A DNA stretch of 64,000 nucleotides from Lytechinus pictus (GCF_037042905.1 NC_087251.1:34474001-34538000); one strand, 5' to 3'. Shown: positions 1 through 13,899, numbered from the stretch's first letter. Notes: a model not told the origin generated them from the letters alone. Numbers and translations are program-made.

Positions 1-400
1 AATTCATGATACAATATTGTGCATAATCAGTCTTGTTGCAATATCAACCCTTTCCTCCGTGAATAACATGTTAATCTAAAAGAAACAAAATTGTATGAGA
101 TGGTAAGTTAATAGATTCCATTGCCATACATGTATATGCATCATTAATTGCAATAGAATAAGCCATGAATAGAGAAGTATGCTATTGATTTCATAGATGA
201 TTGGCGATGTGATCTGTTTAAGGCTTAAGGGGAGTAACTCAATATAATTCTGCTACTTACTAATGTTCTTTTGACTTCCAACTTGTATATATAATACTCC
301 CCCCCCCCTTTCGCCACCATGCACTACTAGAAAAGATAATTGTGTACATGATACGTACATTTCATACAAAATGCAATAAAGATGAAATCAATTAAATCTT

Positions 401-600
401 TGTGGTCTAGTGGTTTTGACTCTTGTCTCTCAAATAGAGGGATGTGGGTTTGAATCCCAGCCAGTTTTCTTTCATTGTTTCAGCAAGAAATTTATCCACA
501 CAGTGCTGCACCCAACCCAGGTGGGATGAATGGGTACCCAGAAAGATTAATTTCTTGATGCACTGAGCACGGTTTTGAAAGTGCAGGGCGAGCTGAAAGT
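401..600 (+). mobile_element. degenerate tRNA-derived SINE with CORE-like central domain
   Basis: A-box-like TGGTCTAGTGG, B-box-like GGTTTGAATCC, then cagcaagaaatttatccaca...aacccaggtg...aatgggtaccc. Same family as 11711-11912. Confidence 0.7.
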
Positions 601-863
601 TGTGGTGGGGGGGGTGACTGTTTAAAAAATTACAAGCAGATGGCCATTTGTACATTTCTGTACATGTTTATTGAAAAGAAAAAAAAAAGATGGAGGGGGG
701 GGGGGAACTGAAGCCTCCTCAGTTCTGTGACTCCTGGTAATAGTTGCACTTTGTATCCCCTGACAGAAAGCACTATATGATTCAAGCCATTGTTATCATT
801 ATTATATTTTCTTGCATCTTTATTCGTTCATGTCTTTATGTTCTTTTCTCTTCCTTCTCCTAG

Positions 864-1033
864 ATTCCTGTCAGGTCAACCAGGGAACCTTCAGATCCAA
901 CCCTACCTCGTTTCTCAGGTCGATTTCGATTCCTGCTACACCATGAACGGCAGGGCGGTGATTGAACATCCTACCAATCAGGCGTTCCTCGTACCAGATA
1001 CCATCCTCAAACCAGGCTCCAATTTCTTCATCG
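864..1033 (+). CDS. EYS: EYS-like (eyes shut homolog) internal exon A; N-terminal ephrin/cupredoxin-like module, first part
   Basis: Polypyrimidine tract + TAG acceptor (861-863) and G|GTAAGA donor (1034). Phase 2 in, phase 1 out. Translates FLSGQPGNLQIQPYLVSQVDFDSCYTMNGRAVIEHPTNQAFLVPDTILKPGSNFFI and joins in frame to exon B. Resembles the vertebrate EYS N-terminus (V..xxFxxC ... L..G.(H/N)(Y/F)FI) as recalled, not searched. Confidence 0.8.
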
Positions 1034-1282
1034 GTAAGACACTGAGTAGAAGAAGAAATTTCCCCTCAGGGCGGTTATTCACCCATTTGTTCTCCTTTAT
1101 CGTCTCTTGTCTGTCCTGAAATGAAGATGATTTGTTCTTTCCGTTGCTCATCTCGATCATCGTGCACCACCAATTTGTTCTCCGGAACATAAGGGGTTGC
1201 TAAAATACCTAGAAGATGTTCACACTTTGCATGTAAAAACATCTTTGGACATTCTTTATTTTGAAACATTCTTTGGCTATTG

Positions 1283-1460
1283 TTGTGTGTGTGTGTGTTT
1301 GAGTTTTAACAGACGTGTAACAATCAGATAAGATTATTTACCTGTGGGACCAACATTTAACGTAACCATCCGAGAGACTTGACCAGGGCTCGAACCTCCA
1401 CATCAATTTGTAACTTCTCAAATGTAGCTTGGATTACAGTTGTACGCCATAATGCCCGGT
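1283..1460 (-). mobile_element. short SINE with 7SL/Alu-domain-like head, B box, Deu/Nin-like segment and (CA)n tail
   Basis: Minus strand reads ACCGGGCATTATGGCGTACAACTGTAATCCAAGCTAC...GGTTCGAGCC...TCTCTCGGATGGTTACGTTAAATGTTGGTCCC...CAAACACACACACAC. Confidence 0.7.
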
Positions 1461-1500
1461 TAAAAAGTTAAAAAAAATGCACATGTATTTTACTTGGATA

Positions 1501-1888
1501 TTAAAGCTAAAGTAATGGATTTGCAGCAGACAATATTTCATGAGAAAGTCTTTTAAAATCAAGGTTAATCATATTATCTGGGATCTAGATCCAATACATT
1601 AAGATAAACCTAACTTTGTGAAATCTAAGCTGAAAAATGATCACACTGAAGATTGCCAACACAGATACGCACATGTGGGGCAGTGCATTTTATTCTTTGG
1701 GAAAAGACTCAACACCTGACTGGAATATCATGCTTATATCACTCATTTTTTAGCCATTACGCATCTTCTACCCGAATGGTTTTGCGCATCTTTCTTCTTT
1801 TATACATTTTTACACTTAGGTTGTCATCTTAGTGAATGCTCTTAGAACTCATTTTGAGTTTCTTCCCACTGCTTGCATTTATCTTTAA
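1501..1888. mobile_element. degenerate TTAA-flanked MITE (Kolobok type)
   Basis: Begins TTAAAGCTAAA and ends TTTATCTTTAA. Terminal inverted repeats are eroded. Confidence 0.45.
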
Positions 1889-2615
1889 GACATGTTTGAG
1901 ATGTCCACACACCTATGAAATATTCTATGGCTGTAAAATATTAATTTGATAAGTGGTGGCTAATGCGTTTTGGATGTGGTCACACACCCTGTAGAAGACC
2001 TCCTCTCCGTGAAATGTTCCTTTAAATCTTGATTGAATAACTGGTTGCTGAAACATGTTTGAGGTTTCCACATTGCACATTGAAATTGATTTGTCTGTAT
2101 TCATATAGCAAGGCTTTAAATACTCAATGCGTAATCCATTGGGAGTCAGCTCTTAGATCGAGGTTTTCATTCAATTCAAAATCTGTCGAGAGTTGTTAGG
2201 TATCAAGAGTGTTATTTAAAACATATTTAATGGCATTTTGTCTCTGGAGAATTGATTACCCTTTCTTATGCATCCATATTATCTTTTCCTTTTGAGCATA
2301 GTTCATAAACAGCTGGTGTTGATAGAGATGTGGGGGAAATTTGTTTTTGTCAAAACATATATGGTTATAATAGCGATAAAGAATATTAAATGGCTTAATT
2401 TTTTTTTGCTTCTTAAGATATAATTGATTTTTGAGAAGAATATGTAGGAGAAAAACATTGTGAAATTCAGTGTAGGATTAAATTCCAGCTGTAGGGATCT
2501 AACATAAATGTGGCTTGCCACCAAAATCTGAAGTGAGTAATTGTCGGCCGTGGCTATATAAAGCATTGAAATAGAAAATACGACTACATTTCTCCTTGAA
2601 TATGTTATCAAGGAG

Positions 2616-2683
2616 TCACTGACCACATATCGTTCTAGTCATTGACCACATATCTTTATAGTCATTGACCACATATCTAGTCG
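2616..2683. repeat. short tandem repeat, three copies of a 21-24 bp unit
   Basis: tca(c/t)tgaccacatatc recurs three times. Confidence 0.8.
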
Positions 2684-3227
2684 TCTTGCCCTCCTTTGAA
2701 ATCATTGAGTCCCCTTCAATGATGGATGTATAACATACTTCACCGTACTTCGGCACCAAGTCAAGTTGCAGACCGCCGATCGTATTTCACCTCAAAGAAG
2801 AGGGGGGGTTGGCGCGGAGGTTTTATTTTGTATTTGGCAGGGCGCAGAACATTTCTTCTTTATTGCTACAGACACAATGACGGGATTTCAGGATTTCTTG
2901 GGTTACAGTCGAAGGGGGCCTGGGATTGCAGAGTGGGACTTTATGATCCATGACATGTGGTTTCTCTGCCGAGTTAATACCGATTCATTTCAAATTATCA
3001 AAGGGCCGACTTGAAGATTGCACACATCCAGTCTGATTTATTCAGATGGTGGGACACTTGTCTGATCTACATTGTATTCTTATTCCAGCTAGTTTTTTTT
3101 TGCTTGATCTTTGATCTATGCTCATCAGAGATAACGCATTTTGAAAACAAAAGTTAAAAGCACTATAATCTAGAAAAAAATAAATATAATTTCTCAAAAT
3201 AATGACTCGCTCTCAAGTATACTAACT

Positions 3228-3355
3228 CTGTAAAAAATAAGTTGAGGAAATATTAAGATTTTTGTCTAAGATTGATTTTGTTATTTAATCTGTAAAAAAA
3301 TAAGTCAAGGAAATATTAAGATTTTTTTTAAAGATTACTTTCGTTATTTGTCTAA
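3228..3355. repeat. tandem duplication, two copies of about 63 bp
   Basis: ctgtaaaaaa(a)taagt..aggaaatattaagatttt...gttattt occurs twice. Confidence 0.7.
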
Positions 3356-6185
3356 AAATTACCAACAGGGCACTAGTATTGTCTGATCTGATGACAAAAT
3401 CTCAGACGGCTCCTTTCCTCTGACGTAAAATCATGAACCATGATGATTAGATATTTTTTTGACAACTCTTCAATAGTAAATACTTTAATAGAACTTAATA
3501 TTTCATTTTACTTTTTAATAAAATTTAAGTTGGAATGATAAAAGGGATATTTTTTATTGTACAAGATGTGCTAAGAACTGGTTTATGGTAACCAATTACT
3601 CACATTGCTGGAATAATCATAAATCTTTTCTCCATTTTACAAGATTGCATCGTAAATTTTGATGTGACATTTCAACAATCAAGTCCCACACCCGCTCCCT
3701 CATATTTTTGAATTCGCAAGTTTTTTAATCAGCGCAGCCAACTTCATCTTGGGCTGTAAAACGCAGGCTGCAAAGTTATAAATCAGGCCCCTGTTCCATA
3801 AAACTTGTTTTTAATGACAAGACATAAAGCTATGGTTCTAAGCTACTGAATTCCTGCAATTTGATTGGTCAAGATTATTTTGTTGTAGCATTTGTCATTT
3901 GGTAACAAGTTTCATGTAAGCAGACCAATGAGCGGTGCTTGAAAGTAGTCATCACCTCATTTTTAGGCATGTTTTATGATCACTCATTAAAGCAATGCTG
4001 TGTACCCGTTTCGTATTTTCCGATGAGTTTTTCATTTTAGGATTCTGATGGCTTGTTTTAGTATCCATTGCAAGTTCATCACCAGTTGGGCAATGTTTAT
4101 ACTTCGCTCTTATAAAAAACACCTCTTATTATATGCACTGACAAAGTACTATATAGTGGTGATTTTATATAAAACTACATGTATATTTATATTCTGGTGA
4201 TCTAAAAATATCATTTCTGTGCTATCTAGATTTGAAACAATTAATTTTCTTTTTCATTTTCTGCTTTAAACAAAAATGTGTTATACCTCTTCAGGGATTG
4301 TGCCAAGTGGCATGAACTGTCATTTTTTTCTAAGCTGAGGTTCTTTTGTGCCTCTCCGTTGCATTTTCTGATATCTCATTAAAATCCTGTTTCTATGTAC
4401 ATGTACAAGTAAAGCCGTCTGTTGTTTAACTTTTTATCCCAAATTGAACTCACTTTCAGTCATTGGGTAATTGGGTAATGTTTTGATCAACTCCTTTCAT
4501 CCCAAATTCTGATTTATATCCCAAGGACATTGTATCTTAGATATTAAGTTTGACATTTAAGTGTAATCAAACCAAATCTTCCCTTGAAAAGCTGGATTAT
4601 AATACACCATTTCAGTTGATAAATTATAATATCATAATGATCAATCCAACGAAGCTCAATCTTTTGCTGATGAAGAGAAAGCATTCTTACTTGCAATTGC
4701 TTAAATCCTCATCTACCCAAAGGGGCATTTTTAATTGCATTCCTGTAGGCTATAGTTTGTTTTTCTTGAAGAACATGTATCAAGTAGCTGTCATGAAGTT
4801 TGGAAAATATATAGTTTACAGGATGACATGAATATTTTATTAATGAATTGTGTAAGATTCGAGTAGGATTACCCAGAATTTGAGACGAGGGAAGAAAAAG
4901 AATGACAAGATTTGTCATCATAAAATTCAGCTGTTTTTTTCTTCTCATTTTGTAAATTTGTGTAAACAAGTTTCTTTTAATCAAGATTGACATATAGATG
5001 TATATCCATAAATTTAATTATGCTGGCTATTTCCATATATTTATCTTCATATACTCGTCTTTTGTTTGTGATGGATTGATTCCTATGAAATTGATCAAAG
5101 ACAAGCATTTGATCTGGAGATCGAGACGGAGTGATATTTGAGGCTAGACGTAGAAACAAATTGAAGACGCTCCAAACTATATATTAGTTGAAAGAGTGAG
5201 GTTCAACGTGCTTCCATTCGTCTTGCCGCTCCTGCTGACTTGGATGGATATCAGTCACCTCCCCCAATAAAATATTTATGCGACATGTGATAGGGAAAGG
5301 AGATAGAAACAGACTTGGATTCTTCTTAATTAGGATCTTTTCAATGTTGAGTCATTGCTTGTAGAATCTGCAGGCTTCTTTGTACAACGACGACAACAAC
5401 AACAAGGCACCAAGATGTTTCCTCTTACATTACAGAAGAACAGATCCAAGGACAGGATTTGAGCAGATTTATTACCACTTAGGAAAATTCTGGGTCGGAA
5501 TAACTGAATACAAATGAATGCTTGGGTTTTGATTCGAGATGGGTTTAAACAGAAGATGCTAAAATCCGCACAAGAGCTCATTGTGGTTTCTTTTTGGGAT
5601 CTTATAAAGATAAACCACACTTAAAGTAAAAATAATTTGAGCATCAAAATGTAATGAAATGATGAAACTGAAGAGAGAGAAAGGTGAAGGGATATAAGTG
5701 AAAAATAGTTCAAAGAGAAAAAGAGAGAAGAGAAAGAGAGAGAGAGATAGAGGGGGGAGGAAAGGGAGGGGAGAGAGTTGAATTGAATCAGATATTGAGT
5801 TTAGGAAATGCTCTGTGAAAGCCAATAATTAGAACAGAGTAATTGATTTTGAAGAGAAATCATTTCAGCATCATGCAGAAATCGAAATAAGTAATTACTG
5901 TTTTGCGTTTTAGGACAGATAATGAGAAATGTAATATATATCTTGTTCTAGTAAACAATTTTTCGAAAGATAGGATTAAGGAATTCAAAAGAAACTCTGT
6001 ATTTACTGCTACCTCACTTAAAGCACATAATGTAATGCAGACGTATGATGCTTTTTCCTGTGTATTTGTAAGTACATTACAGGATTAGAAATAATTTAGT
6101 GATGATGATTAGCATCATTTGTCTAGCTCCATTTATCTTAAAAAAAAACATTCAGAGGTGCTGGTTCCCATAATATTGTCACTCA

Positions 6186-6420
6186 CTATTCACAAAGTTG
6201 CTGGAAAAGAAATGTCTTCAGTTCAGATTTGAAGGTCTCAAGGTTGTTACAATAACAAAGTTGGATTGGTAGAGAATTCCATATATGTGGGGCACCTGAC
6301 AAAAGAGATGATGATGATGATTGTACAAATGTTGGCCATGATGAATGTGGATGATAAATTTCTAGCATTCTTAACTATAGGTCATGGACCTAACTCTGAT
6401 GAATATAAATTGGGGAGACT
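6186..6420 (-). pseudogene. 3' fragment of a CR1/L2-clade LINE ORF2
   Basis: Minus-strand peptide APHIWNSLPIQLCYCNNLETFKSELKTFLF matches the WNSLP...FKxxLKTxLF C-terminal signature of CR1/L2 ORF2. Upstream sequence is decayed. Confidence 0.8.
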
Positions 6421-9400
6421 TCATCGGTATAGTGAGTGATTGTATTACTGACAGCCTTGTATACTTAGAGCGCATCATATGCGTCAGAAAATAATTTCAT
6501 ACGCCCAAAACTTTGCAACATCCTTCCAAATGGTACTTAAATAGAAAGATGATGAAAAATAGTCAAAAACACATTTTCAAAGTCTTTTTATTCTCAAAAT
6601 GATGAAATATGGTCAAAATATTTTATCAGCGATTATGTTTTGTCTCAACTTTTCCCATAGAAAACACAAATTCGGTATAAATACGATACCTTTTTCAAGT
6701 GACCAAAATATTTCACACGTGAAGAGGGGTCCGACTGGACGCTGATATCGTTAGAAAAAGATGATTATGGCAAAATTTGTACATATTTATATTTTGTAAG
6801 TATTTGTGTATTTATGGTGAAAGTTTAATTTATTTTATGAGAATATTGTTAGTTTGATGTTCGATATGATTGAATTCATGAAAAGTGTTCTGTATAAATA
6901 TGATCCACTACAATATCTATCATACTATTCACCCCTCCTTCATACTACTGTATATTATGCTGGCCTATTTAACCCAGGGCTAAGATAACTTATTGATCCA
7001 GTAATCAAGGGACTATATATTCAATCCTCTTATCCATTTCAATCTGCTATCACTAATTGAGTTTAACTCTGGATGTATGGACTTCCATTGTCGATCAATA
7101 AAACTCAAGGGGAAATATGGAATGAAGAATCTGTCACCAGCTGACTTGATTAGGATGTATTGAAAGTGGTTTTTCTGCGTTAAATGAGTAATTTTCAATA
7201 AATCTTGTGTTGAAATATCACAGGTAAGGAAAATATTTATGAATAATAAATGTATATTAATAATATACAAATATAAAAGAAAACAACAAAATTGTTCTTT
7301 TGAATAATCATAGGATTAATTTGATAATGGGAGAAATGGTTGTGATTTTAGATTACATATTCTATGGATAATCCACTTTTGTTATTAAAAAACTGACTTG
7401 CAAATAAATGGAGATTTAATAGATCACCCTTTGTTTTATGATTGCCTTTTGAAGAAGAAACACCATTTTCATTCTTTGTACCAACTTCTTAAAAGTATCG
7501 GATATTCATGGTCAAGCACGCTCGATCCATTTCACCGAATATTCCATATTTCAACTTTGGATCAAATATCGCCGCTGGGATCGACATGGGACCACTTCTC
7601 CTGCACTCCGATCCCACGCTGCAATTGCCACAGATGAGAGCGAAATCAGAGAGTGGTGGGTCAATATGTAAACACTAAAGCTAGGGGTTACATATAGACG
7701 AAAGACGGGTAGAGTCAATATTTCGATAGCACGCGCGTGTTTACCTCTGTTCCGCATGTCCAATAATAAATGGTCTATGTTAATTTGAGGACATGTTTCC
7801 GCGCTGGATTTGATGGTGCTAACTTGGGTTGGCCGATGGGGATGCAGCTGTACTTGTCGTGATCATTGAGGGATCATCTGAGAGTGTTTCCTTTGGTCAT
7901 CGTTGTTTATATAAAGGAACAGATTCCCTTTCTGGTATTCTGAAAAGGATATCCATAGCTTGTGTACATCCTAAAAGAAATAAACCATAGATTGTGCATC
8001 TTCTTACATTGCTCCAAGCACAGACTGCCCTAGACTCTGGTTTGATATATCAAATTTCATTATTGATTTAAAATAGATGGAAGCATCTTATAATTAGATT
8101 TCTTTCCCATCCCCTGGAAAATATCTTTGCAAAGTGGCTTCAAAGTGGTTTGCACTTGGCAAAAACAAATGAAACTTATGAATATAGCAGTTCTGTTTTG
8201 TGTGATTTGTCTGATTATTTATAAATGTTTTTATTGTTTGTGTGATTTGTCTGAATATTTATAAATATGTTCTGCCATGTGAATTGCAGAAAAATGGGGA
8301 TTTTAGGTTGAGAGTTCTTTCATATCTAACCCTGATAACAAGTGAAACTCGATCTGTCCAGACCCAAGAAGATCTTAGGGGTGTTGTGAGAATTTGAAAT
8401 TAGCTGGAAAACTCGCAGCTCATAGATCACTTTTTAACTATAGCAAATCGATTCATACTTCATGATGCTAGGAACAGTTTCAGCAATCAACTCAACATTT
8501 GCCATTAATTTGCTAGAATTCCTATTTATTTGAAGACTTATTGATTGCAAGTTTTTTTGCAATGTTCTCCAAGGCAGTCAGATTGAGAACCTACAGCATT
8601 GTAGAAAATACATAAGGACGATTTTTCCATCATGACCGCCCAAATCAACCCTTAAACTTTCCAAATTGAATGCTTGGGGCAATAATCTTTTCTAACGTCG
8701 CTCCAAACCAAAAATTTCAAGAAACTTTTAATTAGGAAATCCATTTTCTACATTCAGCAGGATAATGACTGATGCTTTAAAGCTTAATATCCTACTGCAC
8801 AAAAAGTAGCACTTTAAGTGAAGAAATAGCCTGAAACTTCAACAATCACCCCATTTTAGAAAAATAGCACATGTTTTCCCAGCCCCGGTTTCCAATCATT
8901 ATTGGTTGGAGGGTTATTTCATATCTTATACTGATAGTGAATAAATAATATATTGTCACTGTTTTCACAAAGTGTTCAATCGATGGAAAAAAAAATCAAT
9001 TTTGTTCATATTTGAACTAAGCTGTTCAACGTTTATACTATATCTCATAAAATATGGATTTCTAATGTTATCACTCAATCTAATGAAAAAATAATGACCT
9101 GATCTGTCTGGAGCCAAAATGGACATAACTCCCTTGATCAAATCTAGTTTAACTTAAACCATGGTCTCTATCTGTGGTTACACTTTGGATAGTGGAATGT
9201 GTCACAAATCTTCAGTAGGACAGTGATAATAACAAGTGCTTTCTTTACCATTGAAGCATAAAAAAATGAATGTGGTGAACATTTGAAATATCCAGTGTAA
9301 GCAAAGTTTATAATGTTTTGCTTACAGTATATAGTTTCAACACTGACATTGTTTTTCTTTAAATCAGAGTTCAGAATATGGGTCTGTGAGAAATGGTCAG

Positions 9401-9431
9401 CCCCTAATGAATAATTTTCACATTTCCTATT

Positions 9432-9787
9432 TAATAATAATCCGCTTTTTATATAGCGCTTAATACATCGGAACGACGTGTCTAAGCGCTTTACAGATAT
9501 ATTATTACCCCGGTCATCGGATTCAATCAGTCATTCCCACACACAATGTGTGCACATCCTCCACTCCCTGGGGAGTATTCCAGTCAGTCGCCTGTGAGGC
9601 GCACACAGTACTGGACAAGCTACAATGACTTTCACATCCTACCGGGTACCCATTTAGCACCTGGGTCGAGAGTGGCAAAGTGTGGATTAACGCCTTGCCA
9701 AAGGACGCCAGACCGCGGTGGGATTCGAACACACGACCCTCTGTTTACAAGGCGAGAGTCAGAACCACTTTACCACGGCTCCTCCAC
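9432..9787 (-). mobile_element. full-length tRNA-derived SINE with CORE-like domain and L2-type 3' tail
   Basis: Minus strand has a GGAGGAGCCGTGGTAAAGTGG A-box region, a GTTCGAATCC B box (plus 9721-9730), gtcctttggcaaggcgttaatccaca...gacccaggtgctaaatgggtacc, and the tail aagcgct...aagcgctatataaaaagcggattattatta. Confidence 0.88.
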
Positions 9788-10419
9788 TTAAGATGGTTAA
9801 AAAAAATGTTTGTTTATTAGATTTAATCTATGAAGCAAAAAAACTTTCACCAATGTTGACCTTTATGTTTTGTATCTAGCAGTTATTTTTAATGGCTATT
9901 GATTATCTCTTAAAGGAAGAAGAATGTGGTTTGCTGGAGGTAGCGAGCTATGCCTGGAAACCTGATAGTTTGTGTATCTTCCATTTATTGACTTTGCTCT
10001 ATCTTTAGAGCGAAACATTAAATCAAGCATGGTTTCGGTGCATGGAGATGTATTGATTTGTTTGCGTGGATGTACAGAAGCGCAAAAGGGCACGGGGATC
10101 CGGGCATTGTAATTGAAAATTAGCGTCCTACCGGTCCCCAGGACGGGGCTCTTGAGTTTAACCTCGGCTTGTCCAGGGGAGTATTGACCATTATTGACCA
10201 TCAGCGTGACCATCGGTCAGTGGACAGGTCAATTGGAGTAAGATTAGTATTGATTGCCTTGTAATTCCATTCAGGATGCAATTTATTTGATAGGTCTAAG
10301 ATATTGTTCCACTCTCATTTAATTTCCTGTAGCTTCATGTCATGAATAAAAAAGAACTTAAGCAGGATATCATTAGACAGAAAAACATGATCGCAGAATC
10401 AAAGTATGAATAACTCAAT

Positions 10420-10730
10420 GGCCCGTATTCTGATAGCAGGTTTAACTTAAACTCAGGTTTAAAGTTGTGGTTTAAGTATGGATAGCCATTTGTTACATAA
10501 ATCACTAACAGTAGAGATATCATATTTCAGCTCACTTGGCTTTCAAATCATTCATGATTGTCTTGGAAGTATAAATACATGATTGTCTTCACCATCGATG
10601 AATCAGGAAAGAGCACAGTAAACACAAGAAACATATAAATCAATAAAAAATTTGATACTTTTGGCTTCCCATACTTAAACTACAACTTTAAACCTCAGTT
10701 TAAGTTAAACCTGCTATCAGAATACGGGCC
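10420..10730. mobile_element. PIF/Harbinger (Tourist)-type MITE, 311 bp
   Basis: Near-perfect TIRs of about 60 bp (GGCCCGTATTCTGATAGCAGGTTTAACTTAAAC... / ...CTGCTATCAGAATACGGGCC). 3-bp AAT on both sides. Confidence 0.88.
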
Positions 10731-11710
10731 AATAAGTTTATCTTTCCCAAGGTAAAAAAATCAATTAACATTGATCATAGGAGAGATGGATTCCAAGCTC
10801 TTATAATGAAAAGAAAATCATAAATGAAATACTAAATTCAATATTCATTCAATTTCAATTAAAATTATATATGGCATACAGTTGCATCAAAGCCTGAGTA
10901 AAATTAAGCAATTTACACTGTAAAATATCAGATTATAATTGTTATAATACAAAAAAGTACAAGTTGCAAGATAAAAAAGAACTGCAGTGTGTTGGTTTGG
11001 GGCAGTCATAAAAATCCACTTTTGGCTGTCAAGATATTCAATATTTCATGAGTATACTGAATATTATTCAATTTTGTAAACTGAAAGAACCCAAAAGAAA
11101 TTTGACTGTCAGAAAATGATGTAATTATGAAGGTGTGCTTCAACATTATATTCAACCTTTTTGAAAAATTGATACCACAGTTTATCTTCAAGGAATGAAA
11201 AAAAAAACCTATTTACTTCCTTGCCGAAGAAATCCTTTATTTTTCATGTGGATCCTTGAGCCTCTTTATTTGTTCATGACATATTGCTCCACCCAATCCT
11301 GAAAATAGTTTGCAGTGGAGGAATTATCCATTAGATACATTAAGAGCTATATCAAGGAGAAAATGTATTTCTATTTGCATTAATCAGGGAAATGATACAG
11401 GCTTCTACGTCAGCTCATGATGTCAGTTGTTGCAATACCATTACCTCTCTTGATTACGATTAGTGTTTGTCTCTTAAATTTGCAGATTCAATTTCCTCTC
11501 TTGATCTCATGATTAAGTGTATTTTGGTGATTGTATAAATTTCAGGGTATGAATGACAGAATAAAATAATTCTAAATTCAGACTAATAAAAACTGACAAT
11601 ACCGCCGATGCTCGGTGACAAGTAATTGATAAGACCATTAGTGAATATCACATGTAGCAACACATAATTATCCAAATAGCAATCTGAAGTCCACTTTTTG
11701 TTTGATATTT

Positions 11711-11912
11711 TAATGATAATAATAATAGCTGGATTTATATGGCTGTTTTGTCAGAGGATACAAATCGCAATGATTATTAACCTGGTTGAAGCTTGAGCTA
11801 CCATTTTTTCAGCAGCACTCAGTGCATTCAAGCAATTAATCCTACCGGGTATCCGTTCACCTTCCCTGGGTTGAGTGCAGCACAATGTGGGTAAATTTCT
11901 TGCTGATGGAAC
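11711..11912 (-). mobile_element. 5'-truncated SINE, same family as 401-600
   Basis: Reverse complement contains cagcaagaaatttacccacattgtgctgcactcaacccagg and ends in a (TTA)n tail. Confidence 0.75.
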
Positions 11913-13673
11913 AAGCATTGCCTTTCTCTGTATAAATTTGGTAACAAAGTATTCTGACATGGAAGAGGCAAGTGGAGGACGAGTGCAGGAGGGTTGTGTG
12001 GAGGTTGGAGGATACCCTGTATTAGGCAAAGTGGAGGAGGGGGGTAAGGGCGATTGCTGCCAGTGTGAGCTGAATCCAGTCACCCCCGTTCACGCGGACA
12101 AACTGGATTTAAACCTTTGGATTGATGATGAGGATTTGCATGAAATAGCAGTGGCATCACTTTCTATTTTTGTAACAAAGAAACTGTTTTCTGTGTTTTA
12201 AAGCCTCTAACCAGTGGCAAAGTATCAAAGAGCAATCCAAGATGAAACAAAAGAGGAATGATACTTTCATAAGCTTATATATTGTTCAGAAATATGACTG
12301 CTGCTTCGTAATAACATTCACACAGATGTGGGAAGTTAATGAGGGGATGGGACAGGACTTGAAATATTCGCTTCAATCGCCAGCCTTCTGTATTTTTGAC
12401 CCAGGTAAATCCCCCTCAGAGCACGATCGTGCTAAGTGACTTAATGGTGGATTCGCCGGGGACTTGAAAGCTGATGGGGTTCCCTCACAGGCTTGTACAG
12501 CATGAGAGAGTCTGCTCCGCCTCAAGCCATGATCCTCCTGAAATTCCATCCCATTCAAGGCTTCATCTTAATTGTTAATGTCGATGATCGCAGAATAATT
12601 GGTTTGAGAGTAGGCCTGGTCTCGTGTTAGTGACACGCGGCGTTTGGATAGAGAAAAAAAAATGTGAGGATTACGGGCGTGATGGGATATGCAGAGTGTT
12701 GTTATTGTTTAGTTATCATTCTAAACTGTTATACTAATAATATTGTAGGAGGCCTTATATGGATTAGAGTCTGGAGATAGGCTGACTAATTAGAAATAGC
12801 AACCAATCTATGTACAGAAAAGCAAAAGGAAAAAAAAAACCTCACTATCCACAGCTGGGCCATGTTACCACAATTAATGGAAAGTTTTATTTTGATTCCC
12901 TTTCACAAATTCTTCACATATGTATTGGTTTGGAGGGTTAAATAAATTGAAAAAAAAAATAATGCAAAGAGTACCTCATCTTTCTAAATCGGTTACTTTT
13001 TTTGAGTGGAGGTTAAACTAGTACATATTACAATACCATTTATTCAAAGAACTTTTCTTAATCATAGGTGTTCCAAAAGCAAACTTTATCAAAGAAGATG
13101 TATAGACCAAGTTCTAAAAGAAAGAAAATATATTGTAAATCCATCATGGAATTTGAAATTGTGAACAGAAATTTCTTGAAGATAGAATTAACAACAACAA
13201 TTAATTTATCTTCATCTGGTTCATTTCCCATCATGAAATTCTGCTCATCATGAAAACATGGAAGCACACCTTCCCTTGATAACGAGATGGGGCAAAATCA
13301 TCTGCCCCATTTGTTATTCTTCCCTCCCTCACCCATCATCATTCTATACTAGGGTTTGTTATCTTAATCAGCACAAGACAGGTCCCAGGTTGCTAGGACT
13401 AACACCCTCGGTTTAGAGGGCTGCGTAATCCAGCGTAGCGTAAAAGCATCCTTTGCACTTTGTAAAGCTCTCCTATGTTCCATCGTTGTTATGCACCAAT
13501 ACTTTTCAGTGGTTGAAATGTACATGTATGTGTAACTACCAACTGTTCTTTACATTTCATTTAGACAAACAAGATGGATGCAGACAGTGTGAGAACAAAG
13601 GGGAGAGGGTTCAAGAGACTAATAGACATATTTATACTACATTTATATGTTTATATAAATTTTATAAGCAGCA

Positions 13674-13899
13674 TAAACTGGAGTGTTGAATGGTGTAGTT
13701 AGAGGACTACACCTGTCAGTCATTTTACTCTGGTGTTAGGTCAGCACCAGTGGATGTTGTAATGACACCTCTGGTTGTTAATTTTACACAGTTTGGTGTT
13801 ATGTTCAATCTCTATGGTGTAACTTTAACACCTTAGTGTCTGTGTTCCTCTTGGGACACCATCTGGTGTCAGTTTTAACACTCCAGTTTTTACATAGTG
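13674..13899. mobile_element. degenerate CACTA/EnSpm-type MITE
   Basis: Inverted repeat aaactggagtgtt / aacactccagttttt ending in agtg, with many internal ggtgtt/aacacc motifs. Confidence 0.55.
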
